Shown: in pieces, positions 27,483 to 35,095 of the stretch
How the letters are laid out: each line of letters starts with the position of its first letter
Position numbering within the stretch: position 1 is the stretch's first letter
Assembly (NCBI GenBank): GCA_028875345.1
Contig: JAPPEG010000101.1
Span: 79 to 64,078 of the forward strand
Direction: 5' to 3'
Length of the DNA: 64,000 nucleotides
DNA from: Gemmatimonadota bacterium
GTDB lineage: Bacteria; Latescibacterota; UBA2968; UBA8231
The notes under the pieces: model-generated
The model's input: only the letters and a program-made list of their open reading frames with translations
Told to the model about the DNA's origin: nothing
The model's database searches: none
Translations under genes and position numbers: made by a program

Positions 27483-28166
27483 TCACCACTGCTGCCCCAG
27501 CGGCGTCAGCACCAGTTCATCGACATTGACCCCGCGCGGCTGCGCCAGCACAAAGCACACAGCGTCGGCAACCTCATCGCGGCTCAAGCGACAACGCCGG
27601 CCGCCTTCATCCAACGACACCGGATTGGGGCTAGCCACTGAGCCTAAGGTGATTAAGCCGACGTGGACTCCCTGCTCCGCTGCCTCCCAGCGCAAACTCT
27701 CGCACAGCCCACGCACCGCAGACTCAACCGCCGCGTAGAGCACCGGCGGCCGCGCGCGGATCAACCCCTGCAAGCCGTTGATATGCAGCATCCGTCCGCC
27801 GCTTTGCATTAGCATCGGCAGGGCGGCGCGCGTAATCTGCAACGCGCCGCTTACATCCGTATCGACAAAGGCGCGCAGGTCCTCGTAGCTGACCTCGGCA
27901 AGCGGCCCCTCCACCCAAGTGCCGGCCGCATTGACCAGCGCGTCGAGACTCCCAAACGCCTCCACCGACTCCCGCACCGCAGCTTCGCAATCCGCAACAA
28001 TCCCCACATCGCCCGGCACCGCTACCGCGCCGTCCAACTCAACGGCGAGAGCCTGCACCCTCTCCACACGCCGCGCCATCAGCGCAACTCGGTGCCCAGC
28101 CGCAGCTAGCCGTCGAGCGATGGTCTCACCAATGCCAGAACTGGCACCTGTAATAAGTGCATTCAC
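27483..28166 (-). CDS. SDR family oxidoreductase (atypical catalytic YxxxE)
   Basis: TGASSGIG, NAAG; YAAVE in place of YxxxK. Confidence 0.85.
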   Translation of the reverse strand: MNALITGASSGIGETIARRLAAAGHRVALMARRVERVQALAVELDGAVAVPGDVGIVADCEAAVRESVEAFGSLDALVNAAGTWVEGPLAEVSYEDLRAFVDTDVSGALQITRAALPMLMQSGGRMLHINGLQGLIRARPPVLYAAVESAVRGLCESLRWEAAEQGVHVGLITLGSVASPNPVSLDEGGRRCRLSRDEVADAVCFVLAQPRGVNVDELVLTPLGQQW

Positions 28167-28190
28167 TGCGAGGTATCTCCTGATAATCTG

Positions 28191-28484
28191 TCAACCATTC
28201 AGATAAATATATATGGTCTCCGTCGCCTGACGAGACTCGACGTGCCGCTTCAAATCGGCCCATCGCTCGAAGCCATATTCGCGGGCAATGACCAGTTGGG
28301 CGTTTCTCAAGGAGAACTTGGTTTGAAAAATCTCGTCGTCCGTCCGCTCGGACAAATGCGACAAGGTTTGCCTGAGCCGCTGCGCGCTGGCGGGATCAGC
28401 GGATCGGTGGCCCTTCAGCAGGCTTTTGGCTTGCTTCTTGAGTTGCTCTAGGTTGGGATTGGGCGGAAGCGCAGCCGGGGACAT
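28191..28484 (-). CDS. Stand-alone small helical domain protein (97 aa) of the 'LEQLKKQAK...AQLVIAREYGF.W' family, usually an N-terminal module of ankyrin-repeat and other proteins
   Basis: GAAAGGAG SD and ATG 28484; LPPNPNLEQLKKQAKSLL...LRNAQLVIAREYGFERWADLKRHVE. Confidence 0.8.
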   Translation of the reverse strand: MSPAALPPNPNLEQLKKQAKSLLKGHRSADPASAQRLRQTLSHLSERTDDEIFQTKFSLRNAQLVIAREYGFERWADLKRHVESRQATETIYIYLNG

Positions 28485-28510
28485 ACACACTCCTTTCGCA
28501 GTGCCTGACG

Positions 28511-29521
28511 CTACTCTTCTATACTCCGGGGAATCGGCAAGTTCGCGAGCAACTGGGTAATTTTCCAATCCCCTGACCTGCGACTCAATCCCCAAAATAC
28601 ATATCGCTTCATACTGTGGATCGCCGAGCCTTTTTCGTGGGAGACAGAGACCGTCTCCTCGGTCAAGGCCAAGGCTGTCAACCCGTTTTCACCTAGATTG
28701 GTGTAAATCACGCGCCGATCGATGGTATAGTTCGCATACGTCAATCGCTTTTTCAGCCAAGCCTCAAATTCCTCGGCGTCGCTGAATGCAATGCGCCACT
28801 TAGTTCGGTCCATCAGGTGATAGGCGTCGTAGGCGACGAAGTCCTCATCAACGGCCGCCACTATGGCCCCGATGTCTTTGTTTTGCCAAGCCTCGGCTTC
28901 TCGCTCCAATATGGCCGCGATGTACGTCGCGCTCGCCGCGGAAGCAGGTGCTATAGCCGTGGTATCTGCGATATTTTGGAAGACGCTGGCGGCGAGCCAT
29001 TGGTCATCGTCTTTGGTAAAGGTCCACAGGCGATACATGTCGAGGGACTGGCTAGTACCGCTTTGCCTATCGATGACCAAACCAGAGTCCTGAGTAGCGA
29101 CGATGGCTTTGTCGTTGCGGGCGAGAATAAACAACACCGTGCGGTTGAGATCGTAGCGCCGATGCTCGAAATCAGCGGCTAAGGCTCGAGCTAAGACCGC
29201 TCGGTTTTCGCGGAGCACGGTCCACCCTCGTGGATCCGCCGAATGATGCCCTTCATAGACGACGGCATGATCGGCATAGGCTTGGATGGCTACGTCTGCA
29301 TTTCCCCGACGGTGGCCGGATTTTTCAGTGCTCAAAACCTGGCGGATCAAGACCGTCTCGGGCGTTTCCGCAGCCCAGGCGATACTCCCTAAAAAATTCA
29401 GTGCGACGAGGTAGGCGATGAATCGGTTTTTTCTTACTGCCGCTCCGTTCTCTGCGGAGGCGGAGATGAAACGGGTGAGGATAGGGCTTGCAGCAGGATG
29501 AATCCGAGAATATCGCTGCAT
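28511..29521 (-). CDS. Exported protein with two NTF2-like (SnoaL/DUF4440) domains
   Basis: Signal-like RKNRFIAYLVALNFLGSIAWAA; two repeats ending WTFTKDDDQW and WGLSRRSGDWKI. Confidence 0.75.
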   Translation of the reverse strand: MQRYSRIHPAASPILTRFISASAENGAAVRKNRFIAYLVALNFLGSIAWAAETPETVLIRQVLSTEKSGHRRGNADVAIQAYADHAVVYEGHHSADPRGWTVLRENRAVLARALAADFEHRRYDLNRTVLFILARNDKAIVATQDSGLVIDRQSGTSQSLDMYRLWTFTKDDDQWLAASVFQNIADTTAIAPASAASATYIAAILEREAEAWQNKDIGAIVAAVDEDFVAYDAYHLMDRTKWRIAFSDAEEFEAWLKKRLTYANYTIDRRVIYTNLGENGLTALALTEETVSVSHEKGSAIHSMKRYVFWGLSRRSGDWKITQLLANLPIPRSIEE

Positions 29522-29647
29522 GTGATCTCCCTTCGTTGCGCCTGATGTCCGCGTAGATCAGGCAGAAAAGAGTACACAGCAGGAGATATTCCGAGAGAGG
29601 TGGGCTTGGCCCTTTTGGCGGACTAGGGGGCTCCCTTAAAGCACCTA
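29522..29647 (-). ncRNA. Candidate structured cis-regulatory leader RNA with pseudoknot and SD-sequestering stem
   Basis: Minus strand: AGGUG/CACCU closing helix; hairpins AGGG/CCCU and GGGC/GCCC; junction GUCCGC complementary to GCGGAC in the loop of hairpin GCCUGAU/AUCAGGC; CUCUUUUC pairs with the SD GAAGGGAG. Confidence 0.65.
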
Positions 29648-29653
29648 TTCCGC

Positions 29654-29682
29654 AATCAAAAAGAGCAGTACAACCATGTCAA
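29654..29682 (-). promoter_or_regulatory. sigma70-type promoter for the leader RNA
   Basis: Perfect TTGACA (29682-29677), 17-bp spacer, weak -10 (TTGATT); predicts a start near 29648, the 5' end of the structure. Confidence 0.5.
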
Positions 29683-29707
29683 GAATACTTTTCGGTGCGA
29701 CAGAAAC

Positions 29708-30697
29708 TTAGATAAATCTAGACGTGATTTGCCCCACGGGGGCCTCGCCCCGAGCGTAGCGGTCGAGATTGTCCGCAGCCAGACGCGCTCGCTTGCGCGA
29801 GGTGCCGTCGGTCGAACCAGCGGTGTGGGGCATGACAAACACATTGGGCAATTGGAAAACAGGGGCCGTAGCGTCGGGCGGCTCCTGAGCGAACACATCG
29901 AGCCCGGCCCCACTCAAGCGACCGTCCACGAGCGCTTGGTAAAGAGCGTCCTCATCGACGAGCGCCCCTCGCGCCACGTTGATCAAGCACGCGGTTTCCT
30001 TCATCAGGCCGATGCGCCGCGCGTCAATGGTATGCCGGGTCTCCGGCGTCAGGTGCAGGTGCAGCGACAGGTAGTCGCTCTCGGCCACCACGCGGTCGAC
30101 GTCCTCGGGTCCGCCGAGAAATTCGGGCTGGATCTCGGCGAGGATTTCCTCTTCAATGGGGCGGATGTCGATGGCCAAGATCCGCAGGCCAAAGGGCTTG
30201 GCTCGGCGCGCCAAATCTTGGGCGCTCGCACCAAAACCGATCAGGCCGAGCGTCAGGCCCTCCAACTCGACACCCGTAGGCACGTACATCTTGCGAGCGT
30301 CGAAATTCCGCCGCGCCTCTCCGTAGCGGTGGGCGTGCATGAGGATGAACATCATCGCACTCTGAGCCAACGCCACGCTGCTGAGCTGCCCAGGGCAATG
30401 GGCTAGCAACAATCCAGTACTGAGAATTCCCTCGACATCGACGTGGTCGAGGCCGGTAGTCTGGACCTGGAGGAATTTGACGCCAGCGTCGGTTGCAGCG
30501 GCCAGCAGGTCCGGACTGATATTGCCCCCTAAATCGACGATAGCTTCAATGCCCGCCATTTGCGGCGCGGCTGGCTGGGTGCGGTCGAAGACGCGGAGAT
30601 TGTGTCGGGCACTTACGGCCTCAATCACGTCGGTCGTCCAAGGCGAGGCAATTGCGGCGACCGGGTGGGGCAGAAAGAGAACCTCAAGCCGTCGCAT
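29708..30697 (-). CDS. D-isomer-specific 2-hydroxyacid dehydrogenase
   Basis: GLIGFGAS, INVARG, GLDVFAQEP, PHTAG. Confidence 0.92.
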   Translation of the reverse strand: MRRLEVLFLPHPVAAIASPWTTDVIEAVSARHNLRVFDRTQPAAPQMAGIEAIVDLGGNISPDLLAAATDAGVKFLQVQTTGLDHVDVEGILSTGLLLAHCPGQLSSVALAQSAMMFILMHAHRYGEARRNFDARKMYVPTGVELEGLTLGLIGFGASAQDLARRAKPFGLRILAIDIRPIEEEILAEIQPEFLGGPEDVDRVVAESDYLSLHLHLTPETRHTIDARRIGLMKETACLINVARGALVDEDALYQALVDGRLSGAGLDVFAQEPPDATAPVFQLPNVFVMPHTAGSTDGTSRKRARLAADNLDRYARGEAPVGQITSRFI

Positions 30698-30700
30698 GCG

Positions 30701-31477
30701 CTAGTACCCCAAGTCGGCGCGGACACGCGCCATCTGTTCGCAGCCAGCCGCGAGAAACGGCTCATCGCCGCCAGCGAGAATCAGCGAGAAGCCGTCGTCC
30801 ATGGCGCGTTGGATTGACTGCGGGTCGCTAGCCGGGCGATAGACCCCAATACCGGCGGGCTTGCCAGCGCGGCGAGCGGCCGCGGCGAGCTCGGCCTGGG
30901 CGTCTTGGAAAACAGACCCCTCGTAGTCAAAGGGCACCCCCAGCGAGATCGACAGATCGACCGGGCCGATGACGAACGTATCGACGCCCTCGACGGCGAG
31001 GATTTCGTCGATATTGGCGACCGCCTCGGCCGTTTCAATCAGCGCGATGAATATCACCAAGTCGTTTATCTCCGCGAAGTACTCGTCAGTGCGCAACCCG
31101 TACTGGGCCGCCCGATGCGGTCCAAAACCGCGAATGCCAACCGGAGGATAGCGGCAGGCGCGCGCGCCTTCTGCGGCTTGGTCAGCGGTGTTGACGAACG
31201 GGGCGAGGATGCCCAGTGCGCCCATGTCGAGGTAGAGGCGGATCTGCTCCTCGTCGATGCGCGGCAGGCGGACGATGGGCATGGCTGGGGTATTGCCGAT
31301 GGCCTGCAATTGCGCCTGGATGCCAGTGGGGGTCTGCGGCGCGTGTTCCGAGTCGATGACGAGAAAGTCAAAGCCCGAGTGGCCGCAGAGTTCGGCAATG
31401 GCCGGAGAGCCAAAGCGGAGCTGGGTACCAAAAGCGGGCCTTCCCGCGGCGAATTGGTCTTTGATGCGGTTGTGCAT
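30701..31477 (-). CDS. HpcH/HpaI aldolase family protein
   Basis: IDSEHAP, LDMGA, RYPPVGIRG, IGPVDLS; likely start ATG 31477. Confidence 0.92.
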   Translation of the reverse strand: MHNRIKDQFAAGRPAFGTQLRFGSPAIAELCGHSGFDFLVIDSEHAPQTPTGIQAQLQAIGNTPAMPIVRLPRIDEEQIRLYLDMGALGILAPFVNTADQAAEGARACRYPPVGIRGFGPHRAAQYGLRTDEYFAEINDLVIFIALIETAEAVANIDEILAVEGVDTFVIGPVDLSISLGVPFDYEGSVFQDAQAELAAAARRAGKPAGIGVYRPASDPQSIQRAMDDGFSLILAGGDEPFLAAGCEQMARVRADLGY

Positions 31478-31485
31478 GTAGTCTC

Positions 31486-33381
31486 CTAACTCCACGGCAG
31501 GGCGTACGAGGGCTTATTGACGAAGCGCTCCATCCCCAAGTCGAGCCGAATCGCCGATCCAGGCTGAAGACAGACGGTGAAGTGTCGGTCCTGTACGGCG
31601 ACCGTTTTGTCCTCCAGTTGCCCCTGAACGTTCTGCTGATATTGGGTGGCGTGTGAGTGTCCCGCACCGGCTTCCTCAGCCGAGAGGGGCCGTCGCTGCT
31701 GGTAGGCAACGCGAGTGAAGCTGTGCTCGCCAAAAGCGCCGGCCTGCACCAAGACCTCGCGCTCTTCCGTCGGGTGCAGGTTGACCAAGTGCAGAACGGC
31801 CCGCTCGTCTGCCAGCGATTCCACCAAGGCGGCCACGTCTAGCGGCAAGCCCGGTCGGCGGCGTTGCGGGTCGAAGTAGCGCAGGCGGGCCATGAGCAGG
31901 CCGCCATTGTACATGAAGAGCGGGGCTCCCATCGTCAGTTGCACCAAGCCCTCGACAGTGATGGGATTGCGCACTTGCAGATACCAGTCGCCGTAGGTAG
32001 CAGGATCTTGCTGGTCGTCGCGCATGAAGGCCAAGCGCTGATATACTTGCGCGTGGTTGTGCCGCAGGATATCCACCGGGTACTCCAGGTATTCGCCTTC
32101 AAGATACGCGGTCCAAGCCGCTTCGTGGCCGCCGCCGTGCTTGGAAGAGTGCGAGCTTACCTGCCGCCAATTGTCGCTGTCGTGGTTGCGCTGCTGTTGG
32201 AGCCGCGCCATGTCCTCTTGCTGCATGCTCATGCACCAGAGGTGGGTCGTGGGATGGGCCTGCATGGGACTGTACCCGTCCCAGCCTTTGTCGTGGTAGA
32301 AGTGCGGCGCGTATAGCGTCTGTCCCCGCATTTCCCCCTGCTGCATCAGCACGTCGATTTGCGAGCGCGGAAAGTCCATGTAGCGCAAGTCGCCGGAGAG
32401 CAACGCCGCGTTTTCCGCGGCCGCAATGCAGGCGTCGCTCAGGTGGTGCCAGCCGTGCGGCCACGTCCAGCCGTAGTACCCGCCGTACCACTTGCCGTCG
32501 ATGTATTCGCCGATCTGCCCCGACAGGCCGACGTTGTCGGGTAGGATGCCGTTGTTTTGCCGGGTGCGCTCGATCCACGCGTTGGTGTATTCCTCGACCC
32601 AAGCTCGGTACTTGTCGTCGCCGCTGCACAGATAGGCGTTGGTCACCATGCTGGTAGCGGCGAGGTTGCAGGCCACATCGCCGCGGCTCATGCGCTCGAC
32701 GAGGGTTTGGCCCATCTTCTCTTCCATGCCTGGCTTTTGCAAATCCTCGACTGTCTCAATGCCGGGAATGTCGTGAAAGGGCAAGGGCCAAGGTTTCCAC
32801 TGGGCGTAGCGATAGACCGTGTAGTGCTTTTCGAAGTTGCGGTGTGCTGGTCCCATACTGCCGTTGTGGGCGCAGCGGATGAGCTTTTTCTCCGCGTCGT
32901 AATTGGGGGCCTCGGGGTCTTCGTTGAGATAAAAGCCCGCATAGCGCTTGGCGCGCTCGACGTTCTTTTTAGTTGGATCAGCGAGACATAGCAAATAGAA
33001 AAACAAGTATCCCTCGCCTTGGTGCATCCAGTCGTACCCTTGCTCGTATTCTTTGACGACCATGGGGTGGCCGTGGCCGGTGTCGTAGCGGGTGAACTGT
33101 CGGGTGATGCCCTCCCAAGTGCGGTGGGAATATTCGAGCACGTGCTCGCCGCCACCCATCAAGTAAAAAAGCGGCCAGTTGTGGAAGCTCTCGTACGCAT
33201 CGTCGAGGCCGTCGATGCTGCTAAAGTCCTCTGTGGGCGGCCACAGCACCGAGCCGTCCGGGCGCACGTAGCGCTCCATGAGCGGATGGACGGACGCGTC
33301 CATCAGGTCGATTAGGCTGCGTTCGAGAACGGCCCATTGGGGCGGCTCGACAAACGGTATGTTCCCTTCAACTCTTACCAC
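31486..33381 (-). CDS. Conserved hypothetical protein (possible (alpha/alpha)-barrel lyase or glycosidase-like)
   Basis: GTG 33381 with GAGGAG SD; DDAYESFHNW, YDWMHQGEG, PDNVG...WYGGYYGWTWPHG, RRRPGLP motifs; coding-like composition. Confidence 0.75.
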   Translation of the reverse strand: MVRVEGNIPFVEPPQWAVLERSLIDLMDASVHPLMERYVRPDGSVLWPPTEDFSSIDGLDDAYESFHNWPLFYLMGGGEHVLEYSHRTWEGITRQFTRYDTGHGHPMVVKEYEQGYDWMHQGEGYLFFYLLCLADPTKKNVERAKRYAGFYLNEDPEAPNYDAEKKLIRCAHNGSMGPAHRNFEKHYTVYRYAQWKPWPLPFHDIPGIETVEDLQKPGMEEKMGQTLVERMSRGDVACNLAATSMVTNAYLCSGDDKYRAWVEEYTNAWIERTRQNNGILPDNVGLSGQIGEYIDGKWYGGYYGWTWPHGWHHLSDACIAAAENAALLSGDLRYMDFPRSQIDVLMQQGEMRGQTLYAPHFYHDKGWDGYSPMQAHPTTHLWCMSMQQEDMARLQQQRNHDSDNWRQVSSHSSKHGGGHEAAWTAYLEGEYLEYPVDILRHNHAQVYQRLAFMRDDQQDPATYGDWYLQVRNPITVEGLVQLTMGAPLFMYNGGLLMARLRYFDPQRRRPGLPLDVAALVESLADERAVLHLVNLHPTEEREVLVQAGAFGEHSFTRVAYQQRRPLSAEEAGAGHSHATQYQQNVQGQLEDKTVAVQDRHFTVCLQPGSAIRLDLGMERFVNKPSYALPWS

Positions 33382-33391
33382 TTTAGTCTCC

Positions 33392-35095
33392 TCATGTGTT
33401 GCGGACGAGGGCCTCCACCTGCGCGCGGAAGACCTCGATTTGCGCCGCGTATTCGTGGCGCAATTGGATGATGAATTGCCCAAAGAGCCGCTCCTGCTTT
33501 TGGCGGCGCACCAATGCTCGAGCGCGGCGCTCGGCCTGTGCAAAAGGCCTCGGTGCGGCGTTGATCGTCGAATCGAGCAAGCGGAAAATGGCGTAGTACG
33601 GGCCACTGATCGGTTCGGAGCTTAGCACCTCAGCGGTCGCGACCTCCAAGGCAATCGGACCGATGAATGCGCCGATTTTTTGCCCTTGTGCCGCCTCAAA
33701 GAGCGGGACGAACTGTTGCTTCTCCCAAGGATGCAGGTGAAACTCGCCCTGATTGGCTTTGCCGCGCCGGCGCAGGGTGTGCTCGGCGGCCAGCGCGCCC
33801 AAGTCGCCGCCGCGTTCCACTTCCTCGCGCAGCGCCAGCGCCTCCTCCTCGGTGCGAACTAAAATTTCCTGCACGCCGATCGATTCGAGGGGACGGAAAA
33901 GGTTGGAGTGGCGGTCGTAGAACTCACGGGCTTCTTCGCGGCTGGCAAAGACGCCATCGACCACGTCCCGGCGCATGGCCACCAGCAGGTTCGATAGCTG
34001 CCGCTCTTGGAACCAAGCGACCACTGCTTCTTCGCGGTCAACGCCCGCCGTGTACGCGCCGGCCAACAGCAGCGCGCGCGGCTCGACGATGTCTCGGACG
34101 AACCAGTCGAACTGCTCGGGCGCGTCCTCTGGAAAGCCAACGCCTAGCTCGCGAGCAAAATCGAGCAGATCGCCAATGGTAAATGTGCCGCTCTCGTGTT
34201 CATAGATCGGCTGCTCGCGCTCCTCCGCAGAAAACGCCTTGGCACCCTGCCCGATGCGGCCGCGCACGCGCTCCAAGGCTTGGTCGTGAACCACAAAGTC
34301 GAGTTCCTGCCGCAAGCGGGCCGACAGCGCCTGTACGGCCGGCGGCAGCTTCTCCTTGAGCAGCTCGGCCTCGATGACCGACTGCACGACCGAGAGCTTG
34401 ACCGGCACTTCGGCTGTCACCTCGTACACGCCGAACTGGTCGTTAAAGAGCACCGGCTCCGAGAACTGGCCCGGTGCCAGCGGAAAGACCTTCTCCTGCA
34501 AGATGCGTGGGTACAGCTCGTCCTTGATCAGGTAGCGGCCCCCCTCTAGCTGGGTCGCGTCGAGCAAGTTGTGGCTGGCCCATACGTCGAAATCGTCACC
34601 GCCCTCCAAGGCCGCCTTGATTGCTCGCGCCTCTCCTACTGTGGCAACTACGATGCGCCGCACCTGCACGGCGCGGTCGCGGCCCGTCTCTCGCTGATGG
34701 GCCAGCATCTCCTCTTGTGTGTGGACGATCTTGTCGTACACCTCCAACTGCAAAAAGCGCCGCAAGACGCGGTCGTTATGCAGCTTGTCCATCTTGCGGC
34801 GGAAGTCGGCGCGCTGGTCGAGGCCCCGCTTCTTGGCCTCCAGGACCATGAGCTCCTTGTCGATTATGGTCTGCAAGTAGTCGAAATAGGCGTCAGCACC
34901 CGTCTTTTTACTCCGCAGATCGGGGTGTAGCCTTTCTTCAAACTCCAGCAATTGAGGGGCGTCGATTTCCACCTCGCCGACTCGGGCCACCACCAAGTCC
35001 TCGGTGGGGGTGCCGCAGCTCCAGCAAACGAGGAGCCACAGCCAATATACCGCGTGCTTCGCTCTACTCACTAAGCCCTGCTTGTACTGTGACAA
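33392..35095 (-). CDS. Parvulin-type peptidyl-prolyl isomerase/chaperone lipoprotein with two PpiC domains (start may be GTG 35071)
   Basis: Lipobox-like VCWSC, VVARVG, VRRIVV / VQEILV, FSEPV, GPI; PrsA/SurA-like layout. Confidence 0.82.
   Translation of the reverse strand: MSQYKQGLVSRAKHAVYWLWLLVCWSCGTPTEDLVVARVGEVEIDAPQLLEFEERLHPDLRSKKTGADAYFDYLQTIIDKELMVLEAKKRGLDQRADFRRKMDKLHNDRVLRRFLQLEVYDKIVHTQEEMLAHQRETGRDRAVQVRRIVVATVGEARAIKAALEGGDDFDVWASHNLLDATQLEGGRYLIKDELYPRILQEKVFPLAPGQFSEPVLFNDQFGVYEVTAEVPVKLSVVQSVIEAELLKEKLPPAVQALSARLRQELDFVVHDQALERVRGRIGQGAKAFSAEEREQPIYEHESGTFTIGDLLDFARELGVGFPEDAPEQFDWFVRDIVEPRALLLAGAYTAGVDREEAVVAWFQERQLSNLLVAMRRDVVDGVFASREEAREFYDRHSNLFRPLESIGVQEILVRTEEEALALREEVERGGDLGALAAEHTLRRRGKANQGEFHLHPWEKQQFVPLFEAAQGQKIGAFIGPIALEVATAEVLSSEPISGPYYAIFRLLDSTINAAPRPFAQAERRARALVRRQKQERLFGQFIIQLRHEYAAQIEVFRAQVEALVRNT

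Noticed and set aside
28485-28595. N-terminal extension of ORF 28191..28595
   Set aside because: It overlaps the NTF2 gene; a strong SD supports ATG 28484.
29522-29647. Leader as a ZTP, SAM, cobalamin or TPP riboswitch, or a tRNA
   Set aside because: The conserved core nucleotides of those classes were not recognisable and there is no cloverleaf; a formal Rfam search is still needed.
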